DNA of 63,324 nucleotides, filler included, from Olpidium bornovanus S191 (GCA_017911155.1; 29 parts of 29 records of this genome joined end to end with filler, not necessarily neighbours in it); one strand, 5' to 3'; shown: positions 49,224-61,955, counted from the first letter of the whole stretch. Translations and numbers: made by a program. Notes: generated from the sequence alone by a model not told the origin.

Positions 49224-50253
49224 GGGCGATGGTCAGAAGATCCCGAAAATTGACAGGAAACGTGAGTGCGCAAGGACCGTTTCTTTGAGCGAAGCTTCTA
49301 GCCGGTGGCCGAGTTGCACAGCAGCCCTGACGCAAACATTTTGTTTTCTGTTCGCCTCTGGCCACGCCGTCGAATGGGCGCAGGACCGTGATGAAACCGG
49401 TCAGCTCTGTCGATGCTGGAGAGCGGCTGACGTCGACGGGCCACACATGCGAATCACGGAGACAATTCGTGTAACGCTCGCGAGCATCCGTCTCCTATTT
49501 CATTTAAGTGCCATGCCATGCCCACATCAAATCCCCCCGTAATCAGTCCATCCAATTTACATAATAAGCTGCATCATCTCCATAATCAATCCAATTCATC
49601 GCCCTAATGTCTTCCCCATTTCTCTCAACTACACCTGCACGAACTCGCCATTTCCCAAATCCCACCTGCTCACAGATTTTTTCCGGACGCATGCGCACTG
49701 ATGTTTAAAACAATTTTACATTTGCAGCGGAAAAGTACTCGTGCGCCCGGAGGCTGCGAGGCCCCTTTTTGTTTTGTTCCTGTCACACAATGGAGTAGGG
49801 CCGCACATCAGGACTGCTTTTCACGTTTGCCGCGTCTACGGCCAAAAAGGTTTGCCCGCCGATAGTTGAAGCATAAGGATGAAGTTCACGTGGCTTGGGT
49901 GAGCTATGCGAGAGAGATGCGGAGCTATGCGAGGGAGATGCGGCAAGAACGTGGCAGAACAGCGCTATACGACAGTATATGGAAAGTTTCGGTTACGGCT
50001 TTTTTTTATTGATTGTACCAGAGCGAGAAGTTGCTTCCTATGAGACGAGGCCAGGAAGCTGGGACAATTACCTTTCACATTACCAATTGTACGTTTTAAG
50101 TGTATGACGCGTTTTAAAGTGCATGNNNNNNNNNNNNNNNNNNNNNNNNNNNNNNNNNNNNNNNNNNNNTTAATTAATTAANNNNNNNNNNNNNNNNNNN
50201 NNNNNNNNNNNNNNNNNNNNNNNNNAAAAAAAAAAAAAAAAAAAAAAAAAAAA

Positions 50254-51613
50254 GCCCCGCTGCTCAAGCCGTTGTCCGTCTTCGCTGTTCGGCAGACGCG
50301 GCGAGCAAGGGTCTTGATGTTGCCGGCCTCGCCGGCGCGGCTCAGCCTTCGAGGAAGCAAGGGAGGAAGCTGTCAGCTGACGAGCCTTCCGAGGTGCGTG
50401 TGCCTCGCGAAATAAAAAAAAAAAGAAATCTCACCTCGCTTCGAAAACGGCTTGCTCGCCGCGTTACGCAACGCCGGCAAGTCGACCCGGTATAACTCTT
50501 GCCCGTTCCGGACCCGCGCAGAAGCGGAAAGCGCAAAACCGGGCGGCGCAGCGCGCTTTCCGCGAACGGAAGGAGAACTACATAAAGGGCCTCGAGGCGG
50601 GCATACGAGAGTTGCAGTCTCGGGGGCGCCACAGAGTCCAGCTGCTAGAAGAGGAGAACATACGGCTGCGCGTGATGGTCGAGAAACTCGCGTCCGAGAA
50701 CGTCCAGCTGCAAGAGTCGCTCGCCACCCTGCCGGCGGCGGCTCCGCACGGCCAGAGCTCGTTTACGTCAAACTCCGCCGCGTCGGACGCGCCGACCTTG
50801 AGCGACTTTGGCGGAGACGGAAACGGCCGGGAGAGCCCCGCGGAGAGCAGCGCCACGTGCTGGTCCCCCGAGGGCCCCGAGGTGGATTTCGGCGCGAGCA
50901 CGATGGTCGCCGACATGCTCGCGCCGACCGTCGCGTTCGCCGGCGGCATCTCGGCCGCGGGCTCGCCGGCCTCCGCGCCGGGCGCGGCGGAGAACGCCGC
51001 CCGCGTGCCGCCGCTGGAGGACCCGCTGTTCGGCGTCCGCGGGCCCGCGTTGACCGGCGCCGTTTCCCCCTCCTTCGACGCCTCGCTCGCGGCGGGCGCC
51101 GACTTGTGCGGCCTCCTCTACGGCGCAGCCGCCGACGCGTCAAACGACGGCATGGTGTTGTGCGAGGCGCACGAGCGGTCGGCCGCGGCGGAAACCGCGC
51201 CAGACGCCGGCTACGCGGAGCGGCTGCACCTGCTGTCGTCTTCGGACATGGCCGCCGCCGCCGCCGCCGCCCGCGCCTCCGATCTGCGCGTCTTGGAGCC
51301 GGCGGCGAAGCTCTGCGCCAAAAGCCTCTGTCCCCATGACGAGGCTGCGGTGTCCGCGTCGATCGCCGCCGGCACGCTGGTCACCGGCGAGGAGGCCTGG
51401 GGCATGATCAAGCGGCATCACATGATCGACGGGTTTGGCCTCGACGTCCTGTGCAGCCAGCTACGGTCCAAGACCCGCTTCTCCTACGCAGGGGGCCCCG
51501 TGTGCGACGCGGAGGAAATAAAGGCCTTCCTCGAGCGTCTGGACCGGGGGCCCGACCGCAACGGAGGGGTCTACTGCGGCGGCCTTTCGACGCTCGCTTC
51601 CCTGGGGGCGTGA
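50254..51613 (+). CDS. Yap1/Pap1-type bZIP transcription factor, 5' truncated (exons ...-50393, 50522-51613)
   Basis: RKQGRKLSADEPSE|KRKAQNRAAQRAFRERKENYIKGLE plus C-terminal W...H...LDVLCSQLRSK resembling the Yap c-CRD region. Confidence 0.85.
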
Positions 51614-52372
51614 GCGGAATCAGCATGCCACAACACACTGTACTCCCCTCCCCCCCCCCCCGGGGGGGAAAAAACCCCTACCACCACCGCCGTTTAAGGA
51701 CGAGGGGTGGGAGCGTGGGGGATTGGGTGAGGGGGGGGGGAGGGGGGAAGGATCCGCCTTTCAGTCTCTGCGTTTTCGTTTTGCACGTTAAACTCCTCAA
51801 TTCCGCACAAGCCTTCCCGGCTGCATTTTTTTATCCCGTTTTGCCATTTTCCTTATTCGTCTTCCATTTTTGTCTTGTTCACGCCCCCTCTTTCGCCGCC
51901 ACGCGTCCCCTTCCCCCCGCCAAAAGCCTCCGCCCCCTTTTTTATTTTGTTTTTGTTTTTTTCTACGAGGCCTTTGGTTTGCCCACCGGCCGTTTAACAG
52001 GCCCCCTTCTCGCGCCCGCTTCCCCCACCGGCCTTGCCTTCCCATTCCGCGCATATACATCTCGGGAAAAAAAAAAAAGAAATGACGAAAGAAACAGAAG
52101 AATGGAAAAAGAACAGAATTTGACTTTGAACAGCAAAAATGTCCTGTTCGTTTTCCGCGAAACGGGTGAGAAGAAAAGAAGGAGGAGGAGGGGGGTGGGG
52201 GGAGGCAGGGAGGTGTCAAACGTCGGGCGGCTTTCGGGAAGCCCGGGTCACAAAAACAAAACCGATTTGAAATCTTTGCAGTTTGCGAAGCGCGCGCGCG
52301 CGCGCGCAGATTGCTGACGCGTCGCCGACCGCGGGCCGGGGTTTATACAGGACGGGGTCCGGGGGTGCTCTG

Positions 52373-52443
<71 letters not shown>

Positions 52444-52567
52444 AGGGGGGGGGGGGGNNNNNNNNNNNNNNNNNNNNNNNNNNNNNNNNNNNNNNNNNNN
52501 NTTAATTAATTAANNNNNNNNNNNNNNNNNNNNNNNNNNNNNNNNNNNNNNNNNNNNAACGGAGCCA

Positions 52568-53784
52568 TTATACAAACGGGCACGAGGGGGGCCACGTTAC
52601 AAGCCACGATTTTTTATTTTTTTTTTTTCGAATCGTAACAAAAAAAAAAAAAAAAAAATCCGCATTTTTGCCGCCATGCCCGCCAACGGTGCGTCCATCC
52701 AGTCCGGCGGCCCCCGACAAGCGGTGTCGTTTCTGCCTTTTTTCGGCCGTACGTTCTCCGTCCTTGATTATCCCCTTGAGCTCTTTCCTCAGCTTGTGCG
52801 CGTCGCGGCTGATTTGCGTTACGGTGTAAGTGGACGGGTGCTCCGGGTAGGCGTTAAAGTGCAGCAGCGGCTCGTCGGCTTCGCAGCGGCCGACGGGAGC
52901 GGCCGGCCTCCGGCTCGCCCAAGCCGTCTGGGCCGCCCCTCGGTCGTACGCGCCCCCGCCGAGTCCGTGGTGGTGGCCGTGCACCTGATGGTGAGGGAAC
53001 CACGAGTCTGCTGCGATCGGCGGGGGAAACGCGGGCGAGACGTCGGCCGCCTGGAGCGGCCCGAGAAACTCGGCGGGATAATCCGCTTGGTCGCCGTTTT
53101 TCGGTGCCGAGATGGAAGATCCGGCATCGACCAGGGTTGCCTGCGTCATTCGCCCGATCGAACGAAGAAGTTGATCGCACGGTTCAGCATCCACGCGTCC
53201 GCCCTCTTAACCTTCCTTTCCCTCCCCTTTCTTTCCCCTTCGCTAGAGAAAGCGAACCCACGGCGGCGGAGGAAGCGGCGGTCCTTCTACGAAAAAGGGC
53301 CGCGCCCGCTTACCCCCCTGCTCGGTGCCGGCCGCGAACTCGAAGCGGGCGCCGTCGCGCCCGCCGCCGCGTAGTTCCCGGATCCGGCGTTACGGAGCGG
53401 CGTGAGGGCCCTTAAAAATCTCAAGGGGGTCCCGGCAGGGGCGGCGACGAAGACCGTGTACGCCCAAACCTGCGCGCCCGCCGCCGCCGCCGCCGTTGCC
53501 GCCGCCGGGGTCGTGCCTCCCGGCGGTTTCGCCGGCGCGCCGCTGCTGCCGGCCAAGCGCGGCTGGTGCGCGCTGCCGGCGGGTTTGGCCTGCGGGCGGT
53601 GCATCATCCCGAACGGAAAGCGGCGGGGCCGGCCGTTGTGCGCCGGTGCCGTGCGGTCGGCGTCCGCCGCCGCCGCCGCCGCGTAACCGTATTCCGGGCC
53701 CGGCTGCTGGTGAACCGCCTGCGGGACGACGAACCCCGACGGCCGGCAGAAGCCCCCTGGATGCGCGTGCGGATTGATCATCAC
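52568..53784 (-). CDS. Possible low-complexity hypothetical protein (at least 2 exons)
   Basis: Ala/Pro-rich ORF with a GTAAGC donor near 53312, then an ORF containing ISRDAHKLRKELKGIIKDGERTAEKRQKRHR. No family recognised. Confidence 0.3.
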
Positions 53785-54897
53785 CCTGCCCTATTTATTT
53801 TTCGAGAAACGAGAAGCGAGACGTGGAAGAGGACGGCTAGGGGTTGTGCTGAGCGGTGATGAGTCCCCAAAGGCCAATGGATGCCCGACGGATTTCCCGG
53901 CTCGCTTCGGGAGACCCCGTTTTCGTCCCGGAGACGGGGCGGGGTGGGTAGACCGCGTCTCCGCGCGACGGTTTTCTCGTTCCAAGATATTTCCGCCTTT
54001 TCCGCAAGGGGGGCGGTTTCCTTGGCAACCCCGGGGGAAAGCCACGTGAGCAAATATAAGTAATAGTAATATTATATATTATATATATTATATGGTGTAT
54101 GATACTCCATAATGAGGAGTACTCGTTTACTTTATCGTCCAGCAGAGAAGACCGCCTGATAAGCCAACCGGCCCATGCCGCTGAGTTAGCGTTCCCGGGG
54201 TTTCAACTAGATGACCCGAAAAGTTGGGCGCGGGCTTAGCACAGGATGCCGCTGCTGGAACAGAGGTGCTCCCCTTGCGGTGTACGCCCTTCACGCGAAG
54301 CGTTACCTAACGCGAATTTCCGCGATTCGCCTTTACGTATGTTATCGGTGACTCCCTCGGGCAAAAAGACGCGAAACCGGACCTGTTCGACGCAAAATCC
54401 TAGAAGCCAGGGTTGGCAAACAGGATGCACCTCGAAGCTAAATGGGCTCGTTTTGCTGTTGATGCCCCGCACTGTGCGTCCTGCCTTCTGCCGCGCAAAA
54501 ACACACATTCACTTCCCCCGAATCTAGGCCGTCCATCTTGGTGCGTGCGCGGAGTGAATCACTGCGGGCGGTCCCGCGCCAACATTCGAAGGCCAACAGT
54601 TGTTCGTTCTAGATACGAATGCCTTTCGTTACTCGCATGNNNNNNNNNNNNNNNNNNNNNNNNNNNNNNNNNNNNNNNNNNNNTTAATTAATTAANNNNN
54701 NNNNNNNNNNNNNNNNNNNNNNNNNNNNNNNNNNNNNNNACTGCGGGCTTTCCGTGTGGTTCAGCAAAGCCCGCGCCCGGCGGGCAGGATGCGTTGCGGG
54801 TCACAAACTTGTTGCGCATTTCACCCAATGGCCCGAACTGCTCGCTGGACACTGTCATGTGACTCAACGCGTCTGCCTGCGCTCTTCCCCGCTCTAG

Positions 54898-55103
54898 GGA
54901 AATATCACCCGGCAGTATCTTCGTACATGAGCGGGAAGGTTGTGGCCAACTTCGGACCGGACTTCGCTTTCCCGCCACCGGCGGAGTGGGAAGGCCTTTC
55001 GGTGCGGCCCATTTCGGAGTCCTACGGTGCCGGCAAGGCGGTGGCGTCAGCGGGCGACGCCGGAGAGGCGTGTACCGCACTGGCCGGCGCAGCCAGGAAC
55101 TAA
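54898..55103 (+). CDS. ASH2: COMPASS subunit ASH2/BRE2, end of the SPRY domain (exon)
   Basis: KYHPAVSSYMSGKVVANFGPDFAFPPP...RPISE resembles ASH2L YFPAISLY...VSINFGPCFKYPP...RPMSD. Acceptor CTCTAG at 54897. Confidence 0.7.
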
Positions 55104-56043
55104 GCGGATTGGCACCCTGCCTCGCGCGGGGGACCGCACCGCGCGCCGCTCAGCGTTTTGCGACTGTTTGGTGCCGCGGTTAAACCGCGATGCGCAAAGG
55201 GGCGGGGGGGAAGGGGGGGCAGTAGCAGGCGACGGTTGCTGTTCCGCCGACCCTTGCGCAGATGTAGCGATGTGTCCGAAGCACGGCCTTTTGTACTATT
55301 GCGCGCGTTGCGTTTTATTTAACGGTTGCGAGTCCCCTGAGCTTCAAAACCGAACCGACGAGTTTTCTGCCGTGGGAGGGAGAGATTCGGCCTCGGGTTT
55401 TGGGGGACTGAAACTTTTCCTTCAAAAATGAAAGACGCGCGCGCCGTTCGATGTCACTCACAGATGCATCGCCTAACGCGCCGTCCACTACCCTCCCTCC
55501 CCTTCCTCCCATTTGTCAAGTGACACCGTAGACTTGATTAAGTAATGTGTGACCGAATTGTGCGACGACTTCAAAATGGAGCCCTGCCAAATTCCCTTCG
55601 CTGGGAAACTGGTCGCGGTCGCATCATATCAGACACTTGGCAGGTAAAAGATCCTTTTTTTTTTTTTTTTTAGCCGAGCGTCTACCACATTTCCGAATTG
55701 CAGGTCCGCCGGCATAAATCGTCGAAAGCCGAATTCCCCACGAGCCGGAATTCATGGCAGGCCGGTCAATAGCGGCCCTGCCCCATCGTCCTCTCTGTAA
55801 TCTGCCCTTCTCCTAGACTCCTCATGACGCGACCACCGAATGTGCCTCACCGACAGACAATATTGCCCGTATGGGCTTATGGTACAGCATTTCAACGCTT
55901 TTGCTGCGCAAAAACTCGGGGACAAGCCCGGAATCAATTGACGNNNNNNNNNNNNNNNNNNNNNNNNNNNNNNNNNNNNNNNNNNNNTTAATTAATTAAN
56001 NNNNNNNNNNNNNNNNNNNNNNNNNNNNNNNNNNNNNNNNNNN

Positions 56044-56537
56044 ACGCCGAAACCCCAGTTGTCCTCTTGGGCGGCGGTGTTGGGCTCACCCCGCTGATAT
56101 CGATGCTGAGTGCTATTGTCGAGCAGGGCAAAACCCGGGTATGCAGATGTATGAATCTTCCATGATCCTTGCCCTCCGCTTCGAGATATTGACAACCGAA
56201 TGATGCAATCCAGCGGGTGATATTCGCCCACGCAGTGAGGAGTGGAAATGTCCGCGCGATGGAGAGCTATCTTGCGGACGTCATGGCTCGAAACAAGCAC
56301 TTCAGCCGGGCCATCTTCTACGCAGAGGTCTCAGACAAGGACGTCAAGGGCGTGAACTACGACTAAGTCGGTTTTATGGACCTCGCCAAAATGAAGGACC
56401 AGGTGATTCTCCCGGACGCGGACTACTACGTTTGCGGTCCGCAACCGTTCATGGACGCTCAGATCAATTCTCTGCGGGACCTAGGGGTCCCTGCAGAAAA
56501 GATTCACTCAGAGATCTTCGGCTCTACCGTCAAATGA
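56044..56537 (+). pseudogene. Flavohemoglobin (NO dioxygenase) C-terminal NAD-binding domain with in-frame TAA (exons 56044-56138, 56214-56537)
   Basis: TPVVLLGGGVGLTPLISML...|RVIFAHA...GVNYD*VGFMDL...DADYYVCGPQPFM...LGVPAEKIHSEIFG. Stop at 56364-56366; absent from the ORF track. Confidence 0.85.
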
Positions 56538-57378
56538 AACCTTGTCCGCCCCTCCCCCCTCGCGGCGCACCAAGCTTTTTTACGTTCCTCCCATTCGATG
56601 CTGTTGAAAACCCCGCGTTCGCGAGCGTTTTGCCAAGGAATTTTGCGAAATTTTGATTATCTTCTTTTTCTCGCGGCGCCCGTGCTTTTTTTACGTTTGC
56701 GTGTTGCGATTTTTTTTTTTTTTTTTTTTACGTTGCGTGCCTTTTTTTTTTCTACGTTGCGCTGTGTTTTGCGCCGGTGGACGTCGCGCGCGCGCGGGAC
56801 ACGGCCGGGCAGGCGGCGGACGGCGCAGGGCAGCCCCGCCCGGAACGATCCGCCCCGTGTTGAGCAGCAGAGTTGCGCGTTTCGTGGGCAACGGGAGTCG
56901 CTCGTTTGCTGCGGACTGGTGCAGGGAGGAGGGCAAGTTCGCTCGAGTCGCCGCAGGCGACGCAGGCGAACCAGATCACCCGAAAAGAGAGACAGTTGAA
57001 CTAGTTTCGACACAGGGATTAACAAGCACACAGAATCTCGCCCCAAAGATTCTTCAGGCGCAAGGCTGAATTCGACGGCCCGCGGGATGATGCCGTTGAC
57101 TCACATTTTTTTTCGAAGACGATGGAAAAGAATCTTATCGTCGTCGGCAGCGCCTGTGACAAGTGAAACAGGTAATTTTTGCCTTGCGCGCTATCTGGAG
57201 ATTACATTTCACAAGTTCTGGCTCTGGACTTGGGGTCTGGATCTGGGTCTGGGGTTTGGAATCTGTGGAGAGTTTTAGAAAATGCTCGATGACGACGCGC
57301 CGGGTTCGGCTACGGAGGAGGAAGGGTCTTCGGAAGGTCACGTGACCCGTATGAGCCAATCGATAACGATTCATTCAA

Positions 57379-58560
57379 CTCCCCTTCGACCGAACTGCGA
57401 TATAAAAGCAAGGAGGAAGCAAGGAGGTCGCAGAAGTTAAGGAGGATGGCATAACGAGAAGAGGCAGATGACAGGTACAAAAAAAAAACTAAGGGATGAT
57501 AGATGGGAGTGGTGACAAGCCCGGAGCTCGGCGGGCACGCGCAGCAAAAACGTGGGGCGGGGGTGGGTCTTAGGTAAAGAGGTTGGCGGGGTTCTGCGCG
57601 CCGGCGACGCGCTCCGATGGCGATGCTGCCAGCTGCGTTTTGGTTTCGATGTGTCGTGACCTGCGATTCAGGTTTAGCTTTGGGCAAATTCTCAAGAGCA
57701 CCGTTGTTATCGACAGCGAACGGCGTTGGCGGTGGGCGGCGGAGCTCGATATAATGAAGTGTGCCCGACGAAGTTCTTGGTCGGCGGCCGCGGCAGCAAG
57801 GAATTCAGCCTCCGTCGACGAGGCCGCTGCGATCATTTACATCACCGACAGGAGATGGCCGCGCACGCGAGGAACATAGCATATCCCGCACGAGAGTACC
57901 GATCGGCGGCACCGCCCGAGTCAGGATCGGTTTGAACTCGTTGTCCGCCACCGGCGGACGAAGATAACGGAGAGTCTTCTTCAGGCCGTCCCAATGCGAT
58001 TCAGCGAAGTTTGACAAAAAACGACGCAAACATCGATGTGGCCGTCGTAATGTCCGGTCTCGTGCACACGGATAGGCATAAGAGACAACCAACTGCTTGT
58101 TTATATCGCGAGATCTCTTTGGCGGACGCGTGGTCCACGCGCGGATAGAAACGCACGTTCGGATCGAGGGGAGTCGGGAAAATGAGCATCTTGTAGGCCG
58201 GATCGACCGATGACACGCTCTGAATAGCGTTGCTGATCGAGGAAGGTTTCCGAGAGATTGCGCGTAACGCAAATCCCAATGACGTGACGTAAATCCTTGG
58301 CCGGGTCCATTCTAGAATGCGCGTTCAGTTGGGTTTCGGTCCGCATCGGTCGTCGCAGTCAATACGACGTCATCGACGTAGAGTGCGATAATTCCTTCGA
58401 GGGCGAGGTCTTCCGCTGGGATGCACAATCTGTTCGATTGTTTCGTCAAGGCGGGAACTGCGGCCCAACAAGCGCTGCAGCGCACCCATATCGACAGCCC
58501 AGCCGTACGGTAATAGGATAGGGCCCAATCGATCAAAAGAAGTTATCAAACGTGAAGTAG
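57379..58560 (-). mobile_element. Degenerate Ty1/copia RT-RNase H remnant with PPT-like end
   Basis: IALYVDD, KDLRHVIGICVTR...FLDQQRY, YKQAVGCLLCLSVCTRPDI, HWDGLKKTLRYL, ASSTEAEFLA, RHIETK and NPANLFT across shifted frames. GAAGGGGAG at 57387-57379. Confidence 0.88.
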
Positions 58561-58940
58561 TCGGCGGCGCACTGAAAGAGGAGATTGAACGTGAAGTGGT
58601 CGACGGTGAACTTACGCTTGTGGCCCCCCCACTTCTCCGGCGGTACCGGACGTAGACACTTTCGGCGTACCATTTTTTGTGACGCTGCAGAACTCAAGAG
58701 GTAAGGGCGGTCGCAAAACGGGCAGTAATTCGCTTTGTCTGCTCACTATATCTTCTGTTTGCAAATTTGTATGATCTCAATCATGTTTGTATTGGGAATT
58801 GCACTGGAACGCACGGGAAGTGAAAAACCGTCTTTACTCGCAGAGCAACGAGGGGCGCCCTCTCCACCCACTTTTCCCTTCCGTTTCCCTTCGCTCCTCT
58901 CGGGCGACGCAGCCGCGCGCCCCCGCTTGCCGCGACGGTA

Positions 58941-59610
58941 ATGCCCTCCGCGACGTACCGGGCGCTGCTCCGGGAAGTGACGAAGCAGGTGCGGACGGGA
59001 AGAGAGGGCTTGGCCCCGCGGGTGGTGGCCGCTTCTCCCGCTTCTCGCCCTCTCGAAGATCTTGGGTGTCGCCCGCGTTAACCTCGCCGCAGTCGCCCGT
59101 TTGACCTCCGGTGCGTTCTAACCCCTCCCTCTCGCCTTGGTCTCTCTCTAACCTTCCGCAATGTTAAAACTTCCCTCCCTCGCGGCCCCCATCCAAACTT
59201 GCAGTACGGCACGTCGCCGCAGCGTACCCAACTGCGGGAGCACTTCCGGCAAATGTTCCTGACCGCGGGAATCGGCGGGCGCGACCCCGCCGAGCAGGCG
59301 GCCCTGCAGCGGGACGCCGAGGACATTCTGACGTACATGCGCGCCGAAAGCCGCCTGAAGGTAAGCGGGTCGTCCTAAGGGTCCGCGACGGCGTGACCCT
59401 CGTTGGCTGATTTCGGGGCGCGGGCGCGTGGGGGGCGGTGGGGTACCTTTTGGAACGAACCAAAAGGAAATCCTGGAACGTTCCAAGGCGCCGGAGTTAA
59501 GTGATCAAGACCGCATCGACAAGTCCGCCCGGCGCGTCGGCCTGATGCTTCCGAAAATTTTTCAGGACGGCGAGGAAGCCGTCGAGTCACGGGCTGCCAA
59601 GGCCGGTTAG
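58941..59610 (+). CDS. FMC1: Mitochondrial ATP synthase assembly factor FMC1-like (exons 58941-58988, 59205-59360, 59467-59610)
   Basis: MPSATYRALLRE...AEDILTYMRAESRLK|EILERS...DRIDKSARRVGLMLP; LYR-like start and the FMC1 ARRVGL.LP motif. Confidence 0.8.
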
Positions 59611-60160
59611 CGAAAGGCAGTCCTTGTTGTTGTTGGCGTTGCCGCTGATGCAGGTTGCAGCGGGTTTTCCTTCAGGAACAACGATTGCGGAACACGCGAC
59701 GGGGCTTGCTCCGCGCTCCGTCGCGGTCCAGCGGCCACCGGCAGTCTCCATTTGGATGACGCCATGNNNNNNNNNNNNNNNNNNNNNNNNNNNNNNNNNN
59801 NNNNNNNNNNTTAATTAATTAANNNNNNNNNNNNNNNNNNNNNNNNNNNNNNNNNNNNNNNNNNNNCATGAAATTCCGAATGTGTCTGGGGAAGGCGCAC
59901 GTTTCGCGAGCGGGGAGCATTCTCAAAGCCGCCCGTCCCCGTCAACCGAAAAGGCAAAAAAAAAATGATTGCTTGTTACTGCCAGCAGCGAATTCATTCC
60001 GAAACAATCTCCGTATTCAGTACCCCCTCCCCCTGTCCCGTCTGCATCGAGAGGACCGTCACGTGACAGCAGCGCCAGACGTTTTCTTCGTTTTTTGCGG
60101 TAAAGTGGAAACCCACCCAGACGGCGCGTTGGCCCTCCCGGCGGGGAAAGAAAAACCAAA

Positions 60161-61126
60161 ATGTCGCGTCGCAACTTCTCTCCGCCCGCGAGCCGTCCTC
60201 CTCCTACGCACCCTCCGCGGCTGCCGGTGCTCTTCCTCCGCGCTCGCGACGCGGCCTCTGCGGACCAGTACGAGGCCGCCGCCGCGACGTGCGGGTACGC
60301 CGCCGAGTTCGTCGAGGTCCTGACGTGGAGGCCGCGCGGGGCCGAGCGCCTGAGGCAGGTCTTCGCCGAGAGCGAGCGGCGGTGGGCGGGGCTGGTGTTC
60401 ACGAGCTCCAGGGCCGTCCGCAGCCTGCGGTTTGCGCTGGCGGAGGAAGGGGAGGGCTCCGAGGACAGGGAGCAGGAGGGCGGGGAGGAGGAAAAGGCTC
60501 CCGTCGTTCCGGCCCGGTGGCGGTCTCTCCCGGCCTTCGCCGTCGGGAGGAAGACGGCTGAGAGTGTGCAGGCGGCGGGGTTCCGGCAGTGGGCGGCGGC
60601 GACAACGACTCTCCCGGGAGGCAGCGCGGATTGGGACTGCGCCGTCGACGCCGCGGCTCTCGCTGAAAGGATCATCAAGGACCATGCGGAGAAGGAGGAC
60701 AGCGATCGCGACCTGCCGTACCTCTTCCTCGCCGGGGACAAGCGCCGCGACTCCTTGCCGGCGGCACTGTCGTCGGCCGGGGTGCCGCTGCGCGAGGTGT
60801 GCGCATACGAGACGGCCCCGCGGGCGGCGGCGGACATCGAGCGCGATCTGGCCCGAGCGTATCCGAGAATGCGCGGGGCGCCATCGTGGATCGTGTTTTT
60901 CAGTCCCTCGGGAGCAGACGCGGCTCTGCCTGCCTTGCACGGTGCAGGGCTTCTGCGGAACGAGGACGGCTGTCCCCGAATTGCCGCCATCGGCGCTACC
61001 ACGGCAGCAGGCCTCCGCAAACACCCGGCCCACCCGTTAACAGTCAGCGTTACTGCCAGCAGGCCCGCAGCCGCGGTGCTTTTGGATGAAATCGCAAGGT
61101 TCGACGAGCTGCTCAAATTGCGGTGA
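60161..61126 (+). CDS. HEM4: Uroporphyrinogen-III synthase (HemD family), intronless
   Basis: GLVFTSSRAV, FAVGRKTA, LFLAGDKRRDSLPAAL, VCAYET, WIVFFSPSG and AAIGATTA are all HemD motifs. Confidence 0.92.
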   Translation: MSRRNFSPPASRPPPTHPPRLPVLFLRARDAASADQYEAAAATCGYAAEFVEVLTWRPRGAERLRQVFAESERRWAGLVFTSSRAVRSLRFALAEEGEGSEDREQEGGEEEKAPVVPARWRSLPAFAVGRKTAESVQAAGFRQWAAATTTLPGGSADWDCAVDAAALAERIIKDHAEKEDSDRDLPYLFLAGDKRRDSLPAALSSAGVPLREVCAYETAPRAAADIERDLARAYPRMRGAPSWIVFFSPSGADAALPALHGAGLLRNEDGCPRIAAIGATTAAGLRKHPAHPLTVSVTASRPAAAVLLDEIARFDELLKLR

Positions 61127-61391
61127 AAAATTGGACTACAGGCATCATTTCCACTCGCAACATGGCTTGTATTGCCATGCATCGTTCGTAATTCATCGCC
61201 ATCCCTTTCACAGAGATTGTCCGCAGAGCGGCCGGTTCAACCGGCGTTATTGTCCATCACCAACCATCGCCTTCGCTCCCAAGAACCTTTCGGGCCGGTG
61301 CCAGACCCCGCTTGGGCTTCCTGGAGTACACTTTGAAGAACCAATACGGCGCAAGACATGGCAAAAAAATCCATTTCAAATACGGCAAATG

Positions 61392-61955
61392 TCAATCTAG
61401 CAAATGAATATTCCCATCCCAAGAACATGTTGCGACCTTGGATGTCTCGTGTGGGTGCCACTCGTGCCCTATCAATACTTGGTCGTGCAGCTTCATCTTC
61501 CTGTTAAAGCCCGCAAAAACCGTCAACAACCCTTTTTCGCCCAGGAGAAGACAACCAGCATCATTAAACGATCGCAAATTAACTCACTTCAGGATTTTGC
61601 AAGTTTTCCAATCCCAAAACCACAATCGTCCCTCCGCATCGCCGGAGGAGATGTAGCGACCGTCCGGCGAAAACCCGATCTGGCAGGCGGAGCTGTCGAC
61701 CAGATGTCCGGCGAACCGCTTCTTGCGGTGCTGGCGGAATCGGTCTTTCGCGCCGTAGACGAGGATCTGGTTGTCCAGTGACTGGCAGGCCAGCCATTTC
61801 TCTGGAGTAGATTAGGCGAAAAAAAAAAGAACAAAAAGAACAGCAGATCGGGCACGGGTCAGACGTCTGCACCAGGACGGTGACGCAAATCCATCGCCAG
61901 CCGGCTGTGCACTCAACTGTTCGGATGCAGCGTTACTGCAGGCATACTGTGCATG
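61392..61955 (-). CDS. CDC40: Pre-mRNA splicing factor CDC40/PRP17 (WD40), last three exons (61955-61918, 61801-61588, 61500-61392)
   Basis: [12 protein letters not shown]|[13 protein letters not shown]...KKRFAGH...[24 protein letters not shown]...[16 protein letters not shown]. Confidence 0.93.

Noticed and set aside
56364-56366. Alternative genetic code (UAA reassigned)
   Set aside because: TAA terminates ERG20 and NMO at the expected C-termini.
61620-61640. Suspected frameshift in CDC40
   Set aside because: Careful reading gives GAT GCG GAG GGA CGA TTG TGG (DAEGRLW), which is in frame.
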